DNA from: Oligoflexales bacterium
Lineage (GTDB): Bacteria; Bdellovibrionota_B; Oligoflexia; Oligoflexales; CAIYRB01
NCBI GenBank assembly: GCA_041736175.1
Contig: JBGSUI010000015.1
Span: 1-44,305, forward strand
DNA length: 44,305 nt
Reading direction: 5' to 3'
In this document: positions 18,121 to 28,377 of the stretch, one piece after another
Position numbering within the stretch: position 1 is the stretch's first letter
Layout of the letters: every line of letters starts with the position of its first letter
Notes under the pieces: generated by a model
Databases searched by the model: none
Told to the model about the DNA's origin: nothing
What the model saw: only the letters and a program-made list of their open reading frames with translations
Position numbers and translations under genes: made by a program

Positions 18121-19740
18121 TCACAGGGTATTCTGGATCGCCAAAAGGCATGCTGACATCTTATTGCGGGTTTCCTTCCACTCATGCTCAGGCGTAGAAT
18201 CGTAAACAATCCCCGCAGATGCCTGGGTCGATGCCACCTGGTCTGCATAGTGGATCGTCCGAATCAGAAGCGTGGTGCGCATCTCTCCATTAAAGCTGAT
18301 CAGCCCCAAACAGCCCGCATAAAACTCTCGACTCAATGTTTCGAGCTGGTTGATCATCTCCATAGCCTTAATTTTTGGGGCCCCTGTGACCGTGCCGTTA
18401 GGAAAGCTGACGGCAAGGGCATCAAACCCATCAACAGCGGTCCCATCCTCGGCTCTTCCGAGCTGCCCCGACACCTGGCTGACCAAGTGAAAGACGTGGC
18501 TATATTCCTCGATTTTCATCAACTCTTCCACCAACACCGTCCCCGGTGCCGCGATACGCCCGATATCATTTCGGCTTAGGTCTACGAGCATGATGTGTTC
18601 GGCCCGTTCTTTTTCAGACTCATGGAGTTCTAATTTAGCAGCGAGATCTCGCTCGTCGTTCCAGAAGCGACGCCTTGTCCCCGCAATCGGCCGATGAGTG
18701 ACTTTGGATCCTTCCACCTGGACCATCATCTCGGGCGAAGCGCCGATCAGATGATGCTGCAAAAACCGACAAAAAAACATATAGGGCGAAGGATTGAGCA
18801 TCCGCAGATGCCTAAAAATATCAAAGGGCCGGGCATGGGTCTTTTGGGAAAGGCGGTTGCCAATCTGGATTTGAAAGATATCTCCTGCGCGGATCGCTTC
18901 CAGACAGCGACTCACTTTGTGGTAGAAATCCTCTTCGGTGATCGCCGAGTGAAACCTAGAGAAATCCACAGGGTCTTCTTTGATCACTAGACTGGGAGGC
19001 CCATGGAAGGCCTGCAATTTTCGAAGGAGATGAACAAGCTCATCTTTAGCTTTTTGGTAGGTACGCTCTAAGTCACCTTGTTTTTCTGGAGAGCCCAGGG
19101 TTTTTCTTTGGGTCTCAAAAATCCGGCTGACAAATAGCCGACGGGAAAGATGATCAAAAACTAAAAAAGATTGGGGCATAAAAAACCAGCTATCAGGGAG
19201 TCCCAAAGTTTTTGGGGGCATCGAGCCTATGGTGGGCTCCAGATTGTGGGCGATATCGTATCCAAAATAACCCACCACTCCAGCCCAGGCCGCCACGTCC
19301 GGTCCGCCGAGGCGCACGCCTTCAGGATAGATCGATTCAAGCTTTTTGCCGCCGATCTGGTGCCGAAGGGCCCTGATGGGATCAGAATCCTTCCGTTCCG
19401 AATGCTCCTTGAGGCCATCTCCTTTGAGGATCGTCACCCGTGAGGTCGGTGAATGGTACTTAAACACCCAGAGGGGGTCAAAGGCCATAAAGGAGTGCCG
19501 AGATTTTGGGCCGGAAGACGCCGATTCTAAAAGAGCAAAATACGGCTGATCCACAAAGCGATCCGCAAGGGATACTGCCGTTTCGTGATCAAAACATAGG
19601 GGCACCGTCAGCGCTAATAAGTCGGCGTTGGCAGCTCTGGCCTTAACGGTTTCAAATGCGGGAAAAATGGCAAAAGGATCGGCGGATGAACCGTTTGTAT
19701 GCATGGCAGATATCATGGGCGAGGTTGTTTTTGTGGACAT
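18121..19740 (-). CDS. trpE: Anthranilate synthase component I family protein
   Basis: LLESA, GYFGYD, GDIFQ, NPSPYM, GASPE, PIAGTR, EKERAEHIMLVDLSRND, PNGTVTGAPK and AGIVYDS. Confidence 0.88.
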   Translation of the reverse strand: MSTKTTSPMISAMHTNGSSADPFAIFPAFETVKARAANADLLALTVPLCFDHETAVSLADRFVDQPYFALLESASSGPKSRHSFMAFDPLWVFKYHSPTSRVTILKGDGLKEHSERKDSDPIRALRHQIGGKKLESIYPEGVRLGGPDVAAWAGVVGYFGYDIAHNLEPTIGSMPPKTLGLPDSWFFMPQSFLVFDHLSRRLFVSRIFETQRKTLGSPEKQGDLERTYQKAKDELVHLLRKLQAFHGPPSLVIKEDPVDFSRFHSAITEEDFYHKVSRCLEAIRAGDIFQIQIGNRLSQKTHARPFDIFRHLRMLNPSPYMFFCRFLQHHLIGASPEMMVQVEGSKVTHRPIAGTRRRFWNDERDLAAKLELHESEKERAEHIMLVDLSRNDIGRIAAPGTVLVEELMKIEEYSHVFHLVSQVSGQLGRAEDGTAVDGFDALAVSFPNGTVTGAPKIKAMEMINQLETLSREFYAGCLGLISFNGEMRTTLLIRTIHYADQVASTQASAGIVYDSTPEHEWKETRNKMSACLLAIQNTL

Positions 19741-19914
19741 CGGTCCTATCCCCTTTGTTTAGGTGATCTGGACGCGCCCTACCCTATTGCCGCAGCTAAT
19801 CCTTCGCGAGCGTCGCCCCCATGGGAGCGCCTATGGTAGCTTGGTTAGCGCTCACACGCAATGGTCGGTGCGCAGATTTGCGCGTATTTGCAGGCCACAA
19901 GTTCCTAACCACCC

Positions 19915-21153
19915 TCAAAAGCATCCACGGCGCGTTTGGGCCCATACCGCTCGATGGACTGCGGGATCCCTGAGAAACTTAGCTTCCTCACGGGGATTAA
20001 GCCCAGCTTCCCGCAGATAAGACACATAGGCATTTGCCGCGTCTTCAAGACTTATTCCGGGCTGGAGGCCGCTCATATGATAGCTGGACTTGATGGCACG
20101 GTTTCCTTTGAAGTCAAGAACTGAGCCTCGCTTTACCTGGGACCGCCTCAGGAAGGCAAGCCTATTGGCGACGATACGGTAGTTGGAAAGCATCTCGTCA
20201 GCGCTCCGCGGGGTAAAGAAACTTCTGATTTCTAGACGGGATCCGCTAATCTTATTCCAAGATTTACCGATGTTTTCTGCATTGATCATACTATAACGGT
20301 GCTCGCGACCTGGCGTCTTATAGCGATCCTTAAAGGAAGAAGCGCTGACCTGGGTCAAAGCCAAGGCCAGTCCAAGGGTCGTTAGGTAGCTGCCCTTTTT
20401 GTACTCTTGGACGATGCGCCCCAGTCGGGCACGTTCCAGGACGTCACCGAAGGCCAAGGGTGTCGCATTGCGTGTGTCACCGCCGAGAACTCCCATACCA
20501 AGCTCTGGATGATTTTGGAGGTCAACATAAAAGTTGAGAACAAGACCCATGGACTCGGCAACATCTGGGTCCGAGCTGACTTGATTTAAAGCCTTACCTA
20601 GTCCGGGCCATGACACGTTGAGGTGTCCACTCCACCGATTGCTTTCGACCGACGGGTCCAGGAGGGTATCGCCCATAGCCTTGGCTGCACCAAACAAAAA
20701 AGTATCTAAAATAGGAGCCCAAGCCTCCGTCTCCCCATAGGTCAAGGGCTGGGTTGCTACCTCTAAGACCCCCGGGTCGGTTCCTATCAGGATCGAAAGG
20801 CGATGCTCACCATGCCGCAATTGCAGGGTACTCCCTGAAAGTTCACACTGGTTTAGTCCGGAGGCTTTGCCACAACGGCCACATGCCTCCAGGAGTTTTT
20901 CCTGGTACAGCAAAAGAGCCTGGTCTTTAGCTGTGATGTCGCGCACGGGGATCTCGACCTCTGTCCCGAAGGCAAGGGAAGACATAAACTCACCGTCAGG
21001 AGACGAGAGTTTTTTTGTGAGTCTGTCAGCCCGAAACGTCCCACAGGTCTTACTGTCCACCCCAGACGGTATACTATTTATTTCGACCTGCTTGATGCAA
21101 GACATTAAGGTAAGAGGCAGAAGCCAAAGAGTGATCAAACCGTGAATCGACAC
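19915..21153 (-). CDS. Putative lipoprotein with amidoligase (carboxylate-amine ligase fold)-like motifs
   Basis: LMSC lipobox; FGTEVEI, TDPGVLEVATQP, SGHLNVS, RYSMIN and RLEIRSF. Confidence 0.55.
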   Translation of the reverse strand: MSIHGLITLWLLPLTLMSCIKQVEINSIPSGVDSKTCGTFRADRLTKKLSSPDGEFMSSLAFGTEVEIPVRDITAKDQALLLYQEKLLEACGRCGKASGLNQCELSGSTLQLRHGEHRLSILIGTDPGVLEVATQPLTYGETEAWAPILDTFLFGAAKAMGDTLLDPSVESNRWSGHLNVSWPGLGKALNQVSSDPDVAESMGLVLNFYVDLQNHPELGMGVLGGDTRNATPLAFGDVLERARLGRIVQEYKKGSYLTTLGLALALTQVSASSFKDRYKTPGREHRYSMINAENIGKSWNKISGSRLEIRSFFTPRSADEMLSNYRIVANRLAFLRRSQVKRGSVLDFKGNRAIKSSYHMSGLQPGISLEDAANAYVSYLREAGLNPREEAKFLRDPAVHRAVWAQTRRGCF

Positions 21154-21165
21154 AAAACCCCCTTG

Positions 21166-22743
21166 TTACATAGCTTTAAAAAAATACTTGAGCGGAATCG
21201 TGGTCAGCGGAGACATCCACACTTTCATCTGTTCCAGGAGATCCTTGGGCAACTCATACCGACGTGAGTACTTGATGGCATAATCTACAATCTGCGTCTC
21301 CACCTCGGCCACAAGCCGTGGATCTTGGGATTCGATATTTATTTCGAAGTTGTGAAAGAGCGACAGGGAGTCCATATTAGTGCTCCCAAAACTTACGTAA
21401 TTTCGATCAATCACAATGCCCTTGGTATGGAGCCATCCGGTATTTTCGGGGCCGTCAAACATAAAAATATCGACGTTTTTGTGCTTTTTGATCTTCTCAA
21501 AAAACGAGAAGGCATCGTAGCGGTGCACCGACCATTCGCTGACCCGCGGGTAGATAACCTGCAAATGAACACCCTCTCGCGCTTTGCTTTCAAGCAGCTT
21601 TAAAAACCTTGGCTCGCTTAAAAATTCATTTAACACGACCACTTTGCTGCGAGCTTTAGCGATTTTGTCGTAGTAAGTTTCGGTGGCCCGGTGTTGGACC
21701 CAGGGCACATTGGGCAAGAGATGGGCAGCGGTACCGGCTCTCTTCTCACGAGGTCCATCAGCGGGAGGAAAATAACGGGTCATAAAGCTCTTAAAGTCTC
21801 GCTCGGGCGCCGGCAAGACTCCTCCAAAGTAGAAATAGCTGGCAAAAAAATGCCCCTGAAGTTGGTTCACCATGTCACCGGTGATTCTAAAGGCCATATC
21901 GAAATGGATCCGCCGCATATGGGATTCGATGGTATAACCCGTGTTGTAGGCTAACTTGCCGTCGATCACATAGATCTTCCGGTGATCAAAGTGCAAACCC
22001 TGGCTGACTGGTGTTGATGTGGAAAGGACTTCGATCCCTTGAGCCCGCATCTCGTCTAAAAAAGGTCGACCGGTATATTTAAAGTAACAGTGCTCGCGGG
22101 CCCCTAGGGCATCTACTAGCAACCGCACCTTGACCCCCTGCTTGACTCGGTCGGCTAAAACACCAAAAACTTCACGTCCCCACTCGTCCCCGGATAAGCC
22201 AAACATAATAATATTTATGGTACTTTTTGCGGACTTCAGGTCCTGCATCAACTGGGGCCAGACCTGTTCCTTATCGCTTAGGGTTTTAATGGTGTTGTTG
22301 TTGGACCATGCAAAATTAATTCCAAGGTCTTCCTTGTCTACTTTTTTGCCCAAGGTAACCCACCCCTCAAGGGAGCGCAAAAAATGGGTGAGGCGAAACT
22401 TGCCGAAATCAGGATCGTCTAAATCTTCGTCACTCCAGTGGGAAGGCCTGTCAACAAACTGACGCTCTGCTTGGCTCGCCAGGTGAATTTTCCCCAGTTT
22501 AGCTAATTTCTCCCGATCTTTTTGGGCATTCTCCCTGCCGTGAAGTTTGTTCATTTTAAGGAGGTTAAACTGATTTCTGAGTTCTGTTTCGATCGAGGGT
22601 TCCTTTGCCGAAACATTGGTCGAAACTGACGACGAAACCGACTGACATCCTAGGATCAGGGTTAAAAAAAGTGACAGCGGTTTCCAGGTCTTATGAACTT
22701 TGTAAGGCTTCATGTAGTTTTTTCCATTGTAGATTAGGTTCAA
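21166..22743 (-). CDS. Phospholipase D / cardiolipin synthase-like protein, possibly a lipoprotein
   Basis: Two HKD motifs (HRKIYVID and HTKGIVID...GSTNMD...NFE); ILGC lipobox-like site. Confidence 0.9.
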   Translation of the reverse strand: MNLIYNGKNYMKPYKVHKTWKPLSLFLTLILGCQSVSSSVSTNVSAKEPSIETELRNQFNLLKMNKLHGRENAQKDREKLAKLGKIHLASQAERQFVDRPSHWSDEDLDDPDFGKFRLTHFLRSLEGWVTLGKKVDKEDLGINFAWSNNNTIKTLSDKEQVWPQLMQDLKSAKSTINIIMFGLSGDEWGREVFGVLADRVKQGVKVRLLVDALGAREHCYFKYTGRPFLDEMRAQGIEVLSTSTPVSQGLHFDHRKIYVIDGKLAYNTGYTIESHMRRIHFDMAFRITGDMVNQLQGHFFASYFYFGGVLPAPERDFKSFMTRYFPPADGPREKRAGTAAHLLPNVPWVQHRATETYYDKIAKARSKVVVLNEFLSEPRFLKLLESKAREGVHLQVIYPRVSEWSVHRYDAFSFFEKIKKHKNVDIFMFDGPENTGWLHTKGIVIDRNYVSFGSTNMDSLSLFHNFEINIESQDPRLVAEVETQIVDYAIKYSRRYELPKDLLEQMKVWMSPLTTIPLKYFFKAM

Positions 22744-22872
22744 GGCACCAATATCCTGAGCAGCGAAACCAGGTCTGCAAATTTCAAGCCAAAGAGAAAC
22801 GATGCGTTGGCAAATTGTGGTATGTTAAAAGAATTGGTAGGCTCCCAGATTTTTATGTAGCGAGGCCCCCCC

Positions 22873-24273
22873 TTGGCGACAACACCACCCCTAAACCCAT
22901 CATCCCCTTTAACGCTTCACCAACTCAGTCAGAAAGCACCGCCTCCCAGTCCCTGCTTAATCGTCAACCTTTGGGTGATTAGCGAGCCGACTAAATCAAA
23001 ACAATCTTCCCGCCTACAACCCCAGGCCCCACTCCTAGAAGGCTTGGTACTTGAAAATCAAATCATCAAAGACCGCGGACCCAGTGACTCCTTGCAAAAG
23101 CGGTATCCCAATCTCCCTTGTTACGATGGGCGCGGATATATGGTTTACCCCGGCCTGGTCAACGGACACACCCACGCTGCCATGGGATTTTTTCGCGGTC
23201 TAGGCCACGGCGTCGATCAGATGATTCAAAAACTTTTTTTTCCCGTCGAACAAAACCTCACCGCTTCCATCATCGAAGCCCTTTCCTTAGGCTATATCTT
23301 AAGCGGGCTCGTCGCGGGGGTGACTTACTTTGCGGACCACTACTACTTTGTAGCAGGGGTAGGCAAGGCCCTCGATCGCCTCGGTCTAAGGGGCGCTCTT
23401 GGTGAAACCATCGCCGACCTAGGGGGTGCCCATCCCTCCCTAGAGTCGCTCACCAGAGCCCAAAAACACGTCACATCATGGCCCCACTCGTCGCGCCTCA
23501 CTCCCGTTGCTGCGCCCCACGCCACAGACACAGTGTCCCTAGGCCTGCTTCAAAAAACCGCACAATGGGCCCGGGGGGAAGGGTTACCCATCCATATGCA
23601 TCTCTCCCAAACCGCCCTCGAGTTTCAAACCGTGCAAAACCGATCCCAAAAAACACCCGTGGCCTTAGCGCTGGAAGCAGGACTCCTCACTCCCCAAACC
23701 CTTGGCGTCCACCTCCTCCACGCCACCCCAGAGGACTACAGAATCCTCAGCCAATCGGGGGCCTCGATCGGTGTCTGCCCTGCATCCCAAATCCTCTACG
23801 AAACATTGACCGACCTCAAAGCTCTCACTGCGCACCAAATCCCCCTCGTGGTAGGCACTGACTGTGCAGCGAGTAACGACCAAGGGGAGGTCCTCGAAGA
23901 ACTTCGCACCCTAGGTCTTTTGGCAAAAGATCGACAGTGCGCACCTGAGTCCTACTGCCCATCATCCCTATGGGCTATGGCGACCCACCAACCTTACCGT
24001 GTGTTTCAACCAAAACTCAAAATTGGCGCTGTTGAACCCGGTTATCTCGCCGATCTTGTGTTTGCTCTCATCGACCCGAGTTTCCTGCCTGCTCCGTTTC
24101 CATTGACCAACCTGATCTACTCCCACAGGTCCTACGCCGTGCGCCATGTGATGGTCGATGGCCAATGGGTTCTCTGGAACCGTGAGCCCGTCAAGATATC
24201 TGCTGCGGACCTTGCCGCTACTTACCTAGAAGGAGTCCAGCTTATCAAAGAGCGGTCTGGAATTTTTTTGTAA
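22873..24273 (+). CDS. Amidohydrolase (Atz/Trz / MTA-SAH deaminase family)
   Basis: PGLVNGHTH, APHA, IHMHLSQT, GVH, GTDCAASN and GYLADLV. Start codon uncertain. Confidence 0.88.
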   Translation: MATTPPLNPSSPLTLHQLSQKAPPPSPCLIVNLWVISEPTKSKQSSRLQPQAPLLEGLVLENQIIKDRGPSDSLQKRYPNLPCYDGRGYMVYPGLVNGHTHAAMGFFRGLGHGVDQMIQKLFFPVEQNLTASIIEALSLGYILSGLVAGVTYFADHYYFVAGVGKALDRLGLRGALGETIADLGGAHPSLESLTRAQKHVTSWPHSSRLTPVAAPHATDTVSLGLLQKTAQWARGEGLPIHMHLSQTALEFQTVQNRSQKTPVALALEAGLLTPQTLGVHLLHATPEDYRILSQSGASIGVCPASQILYETLTDLKALTAHQIPLVVGTDCAASNDQGEVLEELRTLGLLAKDRQCAPESYCPSSLWAMATHQPYRVFQPKLKIGAVEPGYLADLVFALIDPSFLPAPFPLTNLIYSHRSYAVRHVMVDGQWVLWNREPVKISAADLAATYLEGVQLIKERSGIFL

Positions 24274-24340
24274 ATGGTATTACAACTAATGGGCATCCAA
24301 TGTGTGAACGATAACCTTTGCCTCCGCCCTGGAGAAAACT

Positions 24341-25585
24341 ATGACTTTATCTCTTTTCAAACCTTTGTCCCATCCACGGAGCCTTTTAAGCGCCGTGGCC
24401 CTAACCACTCTCAGCTCTATGGGTCACCAAGCGATGGCCGTAGAATTTGGCCTCATCCGCCCTCTCCAAAGTGGCCCCATCGGGGACAGTCCCCAATTTA
24501 TCGACCTCGAACGTTTCGAAGGCGAGGCAGCGGTGACATCCTCTAGGATTTGGGGGGACACCACAGTCAACAGCGACACCGATCGCAAGGTCGAAGCCAC
24601 AGGTTATAAGATGCGCGTGGCCACCGGCGGCGGCTGGGCTCCCAGTAAAGACTTTACTCTGACGGGGTTTATCGATTTTACCCTAGCTAGCGACTATGAC
24701 GAAACCCAAGACCGTAGTACCAAAAAATCGACCCTCGATGGCGGGCTCTATCGCCACGAGATCGCCTTTTTTGGTACGTTTAACAAACAGCCGCTTATCA
24801 TCGGTGGTGGTTTAGGTCTCCTGATCATCGGAGGAGAAGATCGGGAATTCGTATTTGACAACGCCGGTGCCAAGACCCAATACTACCAAACCACCACTGC
24901 GGCGACGATGCCCGTGTTAAGGCTGTTTGGTGGGATCACGACCAAACAATTCGACGGAACCCTCGGTCTACGTCTCTTCACTAAGGGTGACAGCACGGTC
25001 GTCGCCAGAGATAAACAAGACGGCACGAAAATCGCAGAATATGACGTGATCCGCCGCAATCCAGGAGAGATCCATGCGGATGGCCGGCTTAAATTTGGCC
25101 AGGCAAGCCTTGCAGGTTCGCTCTCCTATCTCCTCACCAACCAAGCCTCCGAACAAGTCGACGAATGGAGCACCCGCTTTGCCACGACCGGCAAAATCCG
25201 TGAAACCGGTGGCTTTGCCCGCCACTCGGATCAGTTTCGTGCTGGGATTGGCGGTCGTTTTGACCCTAATAAGATGCTAGGCCTTATGGGTGGTCTTACT
25301 TACCTTTCCAGCTATTATGCTAAAGAATCCTACGCCCTTGTGGAACACGAAAACCTCGGTGGTTTCCGCATGGACATCGGTGGCAAGGTCACTATAAACA
25401 AGTTTAGTGGCTCTTTTCAAACCGGGTACCAGATCGAATCATCCACATCAGCCACGATGGGTGACGATTCCCGGGGCGAAACCAACTTGGCCCAGTCCCA
25501 GCGGTTCCCTGTGGCTAAGGGCGAAAAGTTCACCACCTCCTTGGGCCGATGGGATATCGGAGTCAGTGGTGGGATCGCTTTATAG
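24341..25585 (+). CDS. Hypothetical exported protein, probable outer-membrane beta-barrel
   Basis: GGAG RBS, signal peptide ending AMA, Gly/aromatic amphipathic strands, terminal WDIGVSGGIAL. Confidence 0.65.
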   Translation: MTLSLFKPLSHPRSLLSAVALTTLSSMGHQAMAVEFGLIRPLQSGPIGDSPQFIDLERFEGEAAVTSSRIWGDTTVNSDTDRKVEATGYKMRVATGGGWAPSKDFTLTGFIDFTLASDYDETQDRSTKKSTLDGGLYRHEIAFFGTFNKQPLIIGGGLGLLIIGGEDREFVFDNAGAKTQYYQTTTAATMPVLRLFGGITTKQFDGTLGLRLFTKGDSTVVARDKQDGTKIAEYDVIRRNPGEIHADGRLKFGQASLAGSLSYLLTNQASEQVDEWSTRFATTGKIRETGGFARHSDQFRAGIGGRFDPNKMLGLMGGLTYLSSYYAKESYALVEHENLGGFRMDIGGKVTINKFSGSFQTGYQIESSTSATMGDDSRGETNLAQSQRFPVAKGEKFTTSLGRWDIGVSGGIAL

Positions 25586-26233
25586 ATGGAGCCTAAGATC
25601 TTTGACATCTCTCCGACTCTTTCCTCTCACACGGCCGTCTGGCCAGGTGATGTACCCCTCCGCAGGCAGGTCGCTATGGACTGCCAGGGGGGAGATCACC
25701 TGACGCTGTCGAGCATCACCATGACTCTGCATATTGGAGCTCATGGTGATGCGCCGAGCCACTTTAGGGCCGAGGGATTGACGATGGACCAGGTGTCACT
25801 TGAGCCCTATATCGGCCCCTGCCAGGTGGTGTCCTGTATTAAGGAACGGGGGGAGACCGTGGGCCACCGTGATTTACAGGGCCGATTGTCCCCAGGGTGC
25901 CGCAGGGTTTTAGTAAAGACCTTAAGTTTCCCAGATCCAACCCACTTTAATCAGGACTTTGTATCCTTTGACCCAAGTGCCATCGTCTATCTGGGGTCTA
26001 TGGGAGTGATCCTTGTGGGGATTGACACCCCATCGGTGGATCCCTTTAATTCCAAAGATCTGCCGTCCCATCATGAGCTCTTTAAACAAGGAATTGTCAA
26101 CCTTGAGGGCCTGGATCTAAAGGAAGTCTCTGATGGGCACTACGAACTGATTGCCCTGCCTCTTAAGCTTGCAGGTTGTGATGCTAGTCCGGTGCGAGCT
26201 ATTTTACGGCAGCAGATTTTACGGCAGCAGTAA
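25586..26233 (+). CDS. kynB: Arylformamidase / cyclase family (kynurenine formamidase KynB-like)
   Basis: VWPGD, HIGAHGDAPSH, GIDTPSVDP, NLEGL and YELIALPLKL...DASPVRAIL. Confidence 0.88.
   Translation: MEPKIFDISPTLSSHTAVWPGDVPLRRQVAMDCQGGDHLTLSSITMTLHIGAHGDAPSHFRAEGLTMDQVSLEPYIGPCQVVSCIKERGETVGHRDLQGRLSPGCRRVLVKTLSFPDPTHFNQDFVSFDPSAIVYLGSMGVILVGIDTPSVDPFNSKDLPSHHELFKQGIVNLEGLDLKEVSDGHYELIALPLKLAGCDASPVRAILRQQILRQQ
26201..26230 (+). repeat. 15-bp perfect tandem duplication at the kynB 3' end
   Basis: ATTTTACGGCAGCAG twice, giving ILRQQILRQQ. Confidence 0.9.
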
Positions 26234-26462
26234 GCATGATCTCGCAGACTATCTTGGATCGATGCCTATATCTGACCCATTAGTACTTCGATTTTTAAAA
26301 AAATCTGCAACTGATCCTTTGAGCGGGAGAAAAACGCAGGTATTTAACTAACTATTATTTATATAAAATTCAGATTTTCTTGAGATCTCAACACAAAATT
26401 CCGAAACGTTCTATAACAGCGGTTTTGAGACAGACAAGATCTTAGCTCTAGGGAGGAATGCC

Positions 26463-27320
26463 GTGTTGTATTCAAAGACTTTAAATGTGCGAGCCCGATG
26501 GATTGCTGCAAGTAAGAGACCCACTAAGATAGCTATCCTGTGCCTATGGCTGCTAACTATGACCAACCCGGTGGATGCTGCTGTGAAACGACCTTTCCCG
26601 GCAAAAAACCAGCTACCCCTAACCCCTATGAGCTTTTGCTCAGGCGAACCCAAACTCGCCGCCAAACTTAAGCAAGATATCAAACCTGAGTTAAAACTAC
26701 TTTGCGATGGCACCCAGGCGACCGCACTGTTTAGTGAGATGCTCACAACGGCCTACAATGGTACCAATGGAATCAACTATAAACCAATCAAAGTCGGCCA
26801 ATCAACCCTTGCTGGCTGGGTTGATGTCAACGTTGCTTATTCAATGCGACTCAAAAAATCGGCTGTGAATGCACTTCGCGCCGAAGAAGCGATCAACAGT
26901 CCACAAAATCCTTATCCAGGTCCAGAGCTGAAAATCAAATTTGTCACAGAGACTCCCACAACCATGGAAAATGATGCAGATACAGCCTTTAAGTTGACCC
27001 AGCTGACTGTCCGAGACAGTGGTAATCGAAGGTTTAACGACACCTCGGTACACACCCTTAAACTATATCGTCTGGTACCCAATAACTTTGACTTCTTGCT
27101 TGCTGCGCGCACACTCGACAAAGAAACAGCTCTGTTTAAAAGAGCCGTTATTCTAAGGGCGGCGATGACCGACCCAGTGGACCCCCAATATTCTATTATT
27201 ACGACGATCATGAACTTTACCATTTCCGACCAAGCTGACCAAGCTGACCGTGTGGAAGATATCTTTGTGGCTTATATCAGGGGCGACATCGTTAATGTTT
27301 TTAAATTCCATCAAAAATAA
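26463..27320 (+). CDS. Secreted hypothetical protein, paralog 1 of a four-gene array
   Basis: GGGAGG RBS, signal ending VDA; FC...LKLLCDG..AT.LF motif shared with the next three genes. Confidence 0.7.
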   Translation: MLYSKTLNVRARWIAASKRPTKIAILCLWLLTMTNPVDAAVKRPFPAKNQLPLTPMSFCSGEPKLAAKLKQDIKPELKLLCDGTQATALFSEMLTTAYNGTNGINYKPIKVGQSTLAGWVDVNVAYSMRLKKSAVNALRAEEAINSPQNPYPGPELKIKFVTETPTTMENDADTAFKLTQLTVRDSGNRRFNDTSVHTLKLYRLVPNNFDFLLAARTLDKETALFKRAVILRAAMTDPVDPQYSIITTIMNFTISDQADQADRVEDIFVAYIRGDIVNVFKFHQK

Positions 27321-27348
27321 ACCCAACATTGAAAAACGGAGTACAGAT

Positions 27349-28341
27349 ATGCGGAATTCTTTTGCAATAGTTCTCTTGGCAGCCATGACCACCATGGGAT
27401 GTAGCAGTAGCAGTGGTGGACTCCCAATCATTGGGGGTACCGTCTCAAAAAAAGGTAACGGCAAAGAGGAGGTGGATCTTCGGACAAAGTCGAATGCCGA
27501 AAAGCCGTTGACCGAAGGTGAAGTTAGCACGGGTATCGGTGAAGATCCCGACGAGACTCAAGAAGATCGTGACGCGGCCTTACGCCTTATCGATACCACC
27601 GGCTGGCACCCAGCACTGGCTGGCCGCACCGCGTCAGGAGCCCCTTTTGGCTACTTGGTTTGCGGTCGAAGTCAGTCAGTTCTTAAGAATACCGACTACG
27701 ATGATTTTTCCGATATCTTTGGTGTTATCTGCGATAAAGATGTGCCCAATAAAACTTTTGATGCCATCCTTAAACAGGCTTACACCGGATCAAGTGAGCC
27801 GCAAATCACCACCAACCGGCTCAAAATCGGCGATCTTTTTGTCACGGACTATATCTACTCCTTTGCGGTCAAGTTACCGGTCAATTCGCCCGGTGACCTT
27901 GCAGGTTTTCCCATCTACGAAGAGGTCAGCAAAGGACTGAAAACCATAGACTCGCAGTTGATGATCACCAAAGGCAAAGACACGACCTTTCCTGGCAAAG
28001 GCGTGGTGAGATCCCTAGAACAACACTATTCCATGCCATTGGCCAAGGGAGCGGGCCTCTATGACACAAGGACGACCCTTACCAATACCTACCTCCTCAT
28101 GGAAGGATCCCAAGACGTCAACCTTTCGGCAGAACACCTGCTCAATCCCGATGCCACCGAGTACTACAATGCCACGCGGCAGATTGTCCTAGGAATCAAG
28201 GGGGAAGCACCAGGGTTCTCCTACCAGGTCTATATAACGCAATTAGTGGTGATCAATCGCTTTGACCCGGAGCGATTGGTTAAGGCCTCGGCAGATCTTG
28301 CCGCACTGATACCCAAAGCTGTCCTGAGAGTCGTAAAGTAA
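27349..28341 (+). CDS. Hypothetical lipoprotein, paralog 2
   Basis: GGAG RBS before ATG 27349; TMGC lipobox; VC...FGVICDKDVPNKTF. Confidence 0.72.
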   Translation: MRNSFAIVLLAAMTTMGCSSSSGGLPIIGGTVSKKGNGKEEVDLRTKSNAEKPLTEGEVSTGIGEDPDETQEDRDAALRLIDTTGWHPALAGRTASGAPFGYLVCGRSQSVLKNTDYDDFSDIFGVICDKDVPNKTFDAILKQAYTGSSEPQITTNRLKIGDLFVTDYIYSFAVKLPVNSPGDLAGFPIYEEVSKGLKTIDSQLMITKGKDTTFPGKGVVRSLEQHYSMPLAKGAGLYDTRTTLTNTYLLMEGSQDVNLSAEHLLNPDATEYYNATRQIVLGIKGEAPGFSYQVYITQLVVINRFDPERLVKASADLAALIPKAVLRVVK

Positions 28342-28377
28342 TCTAAAAACATTCACGAGGATTTCAAACGGAGATAC

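Noticed and set aside
19741..19914. trp attenuator / leader peptide
   Set aside because: No Trp-codon-rich short ORF or U-tailed terminator was seen on the minus strand.
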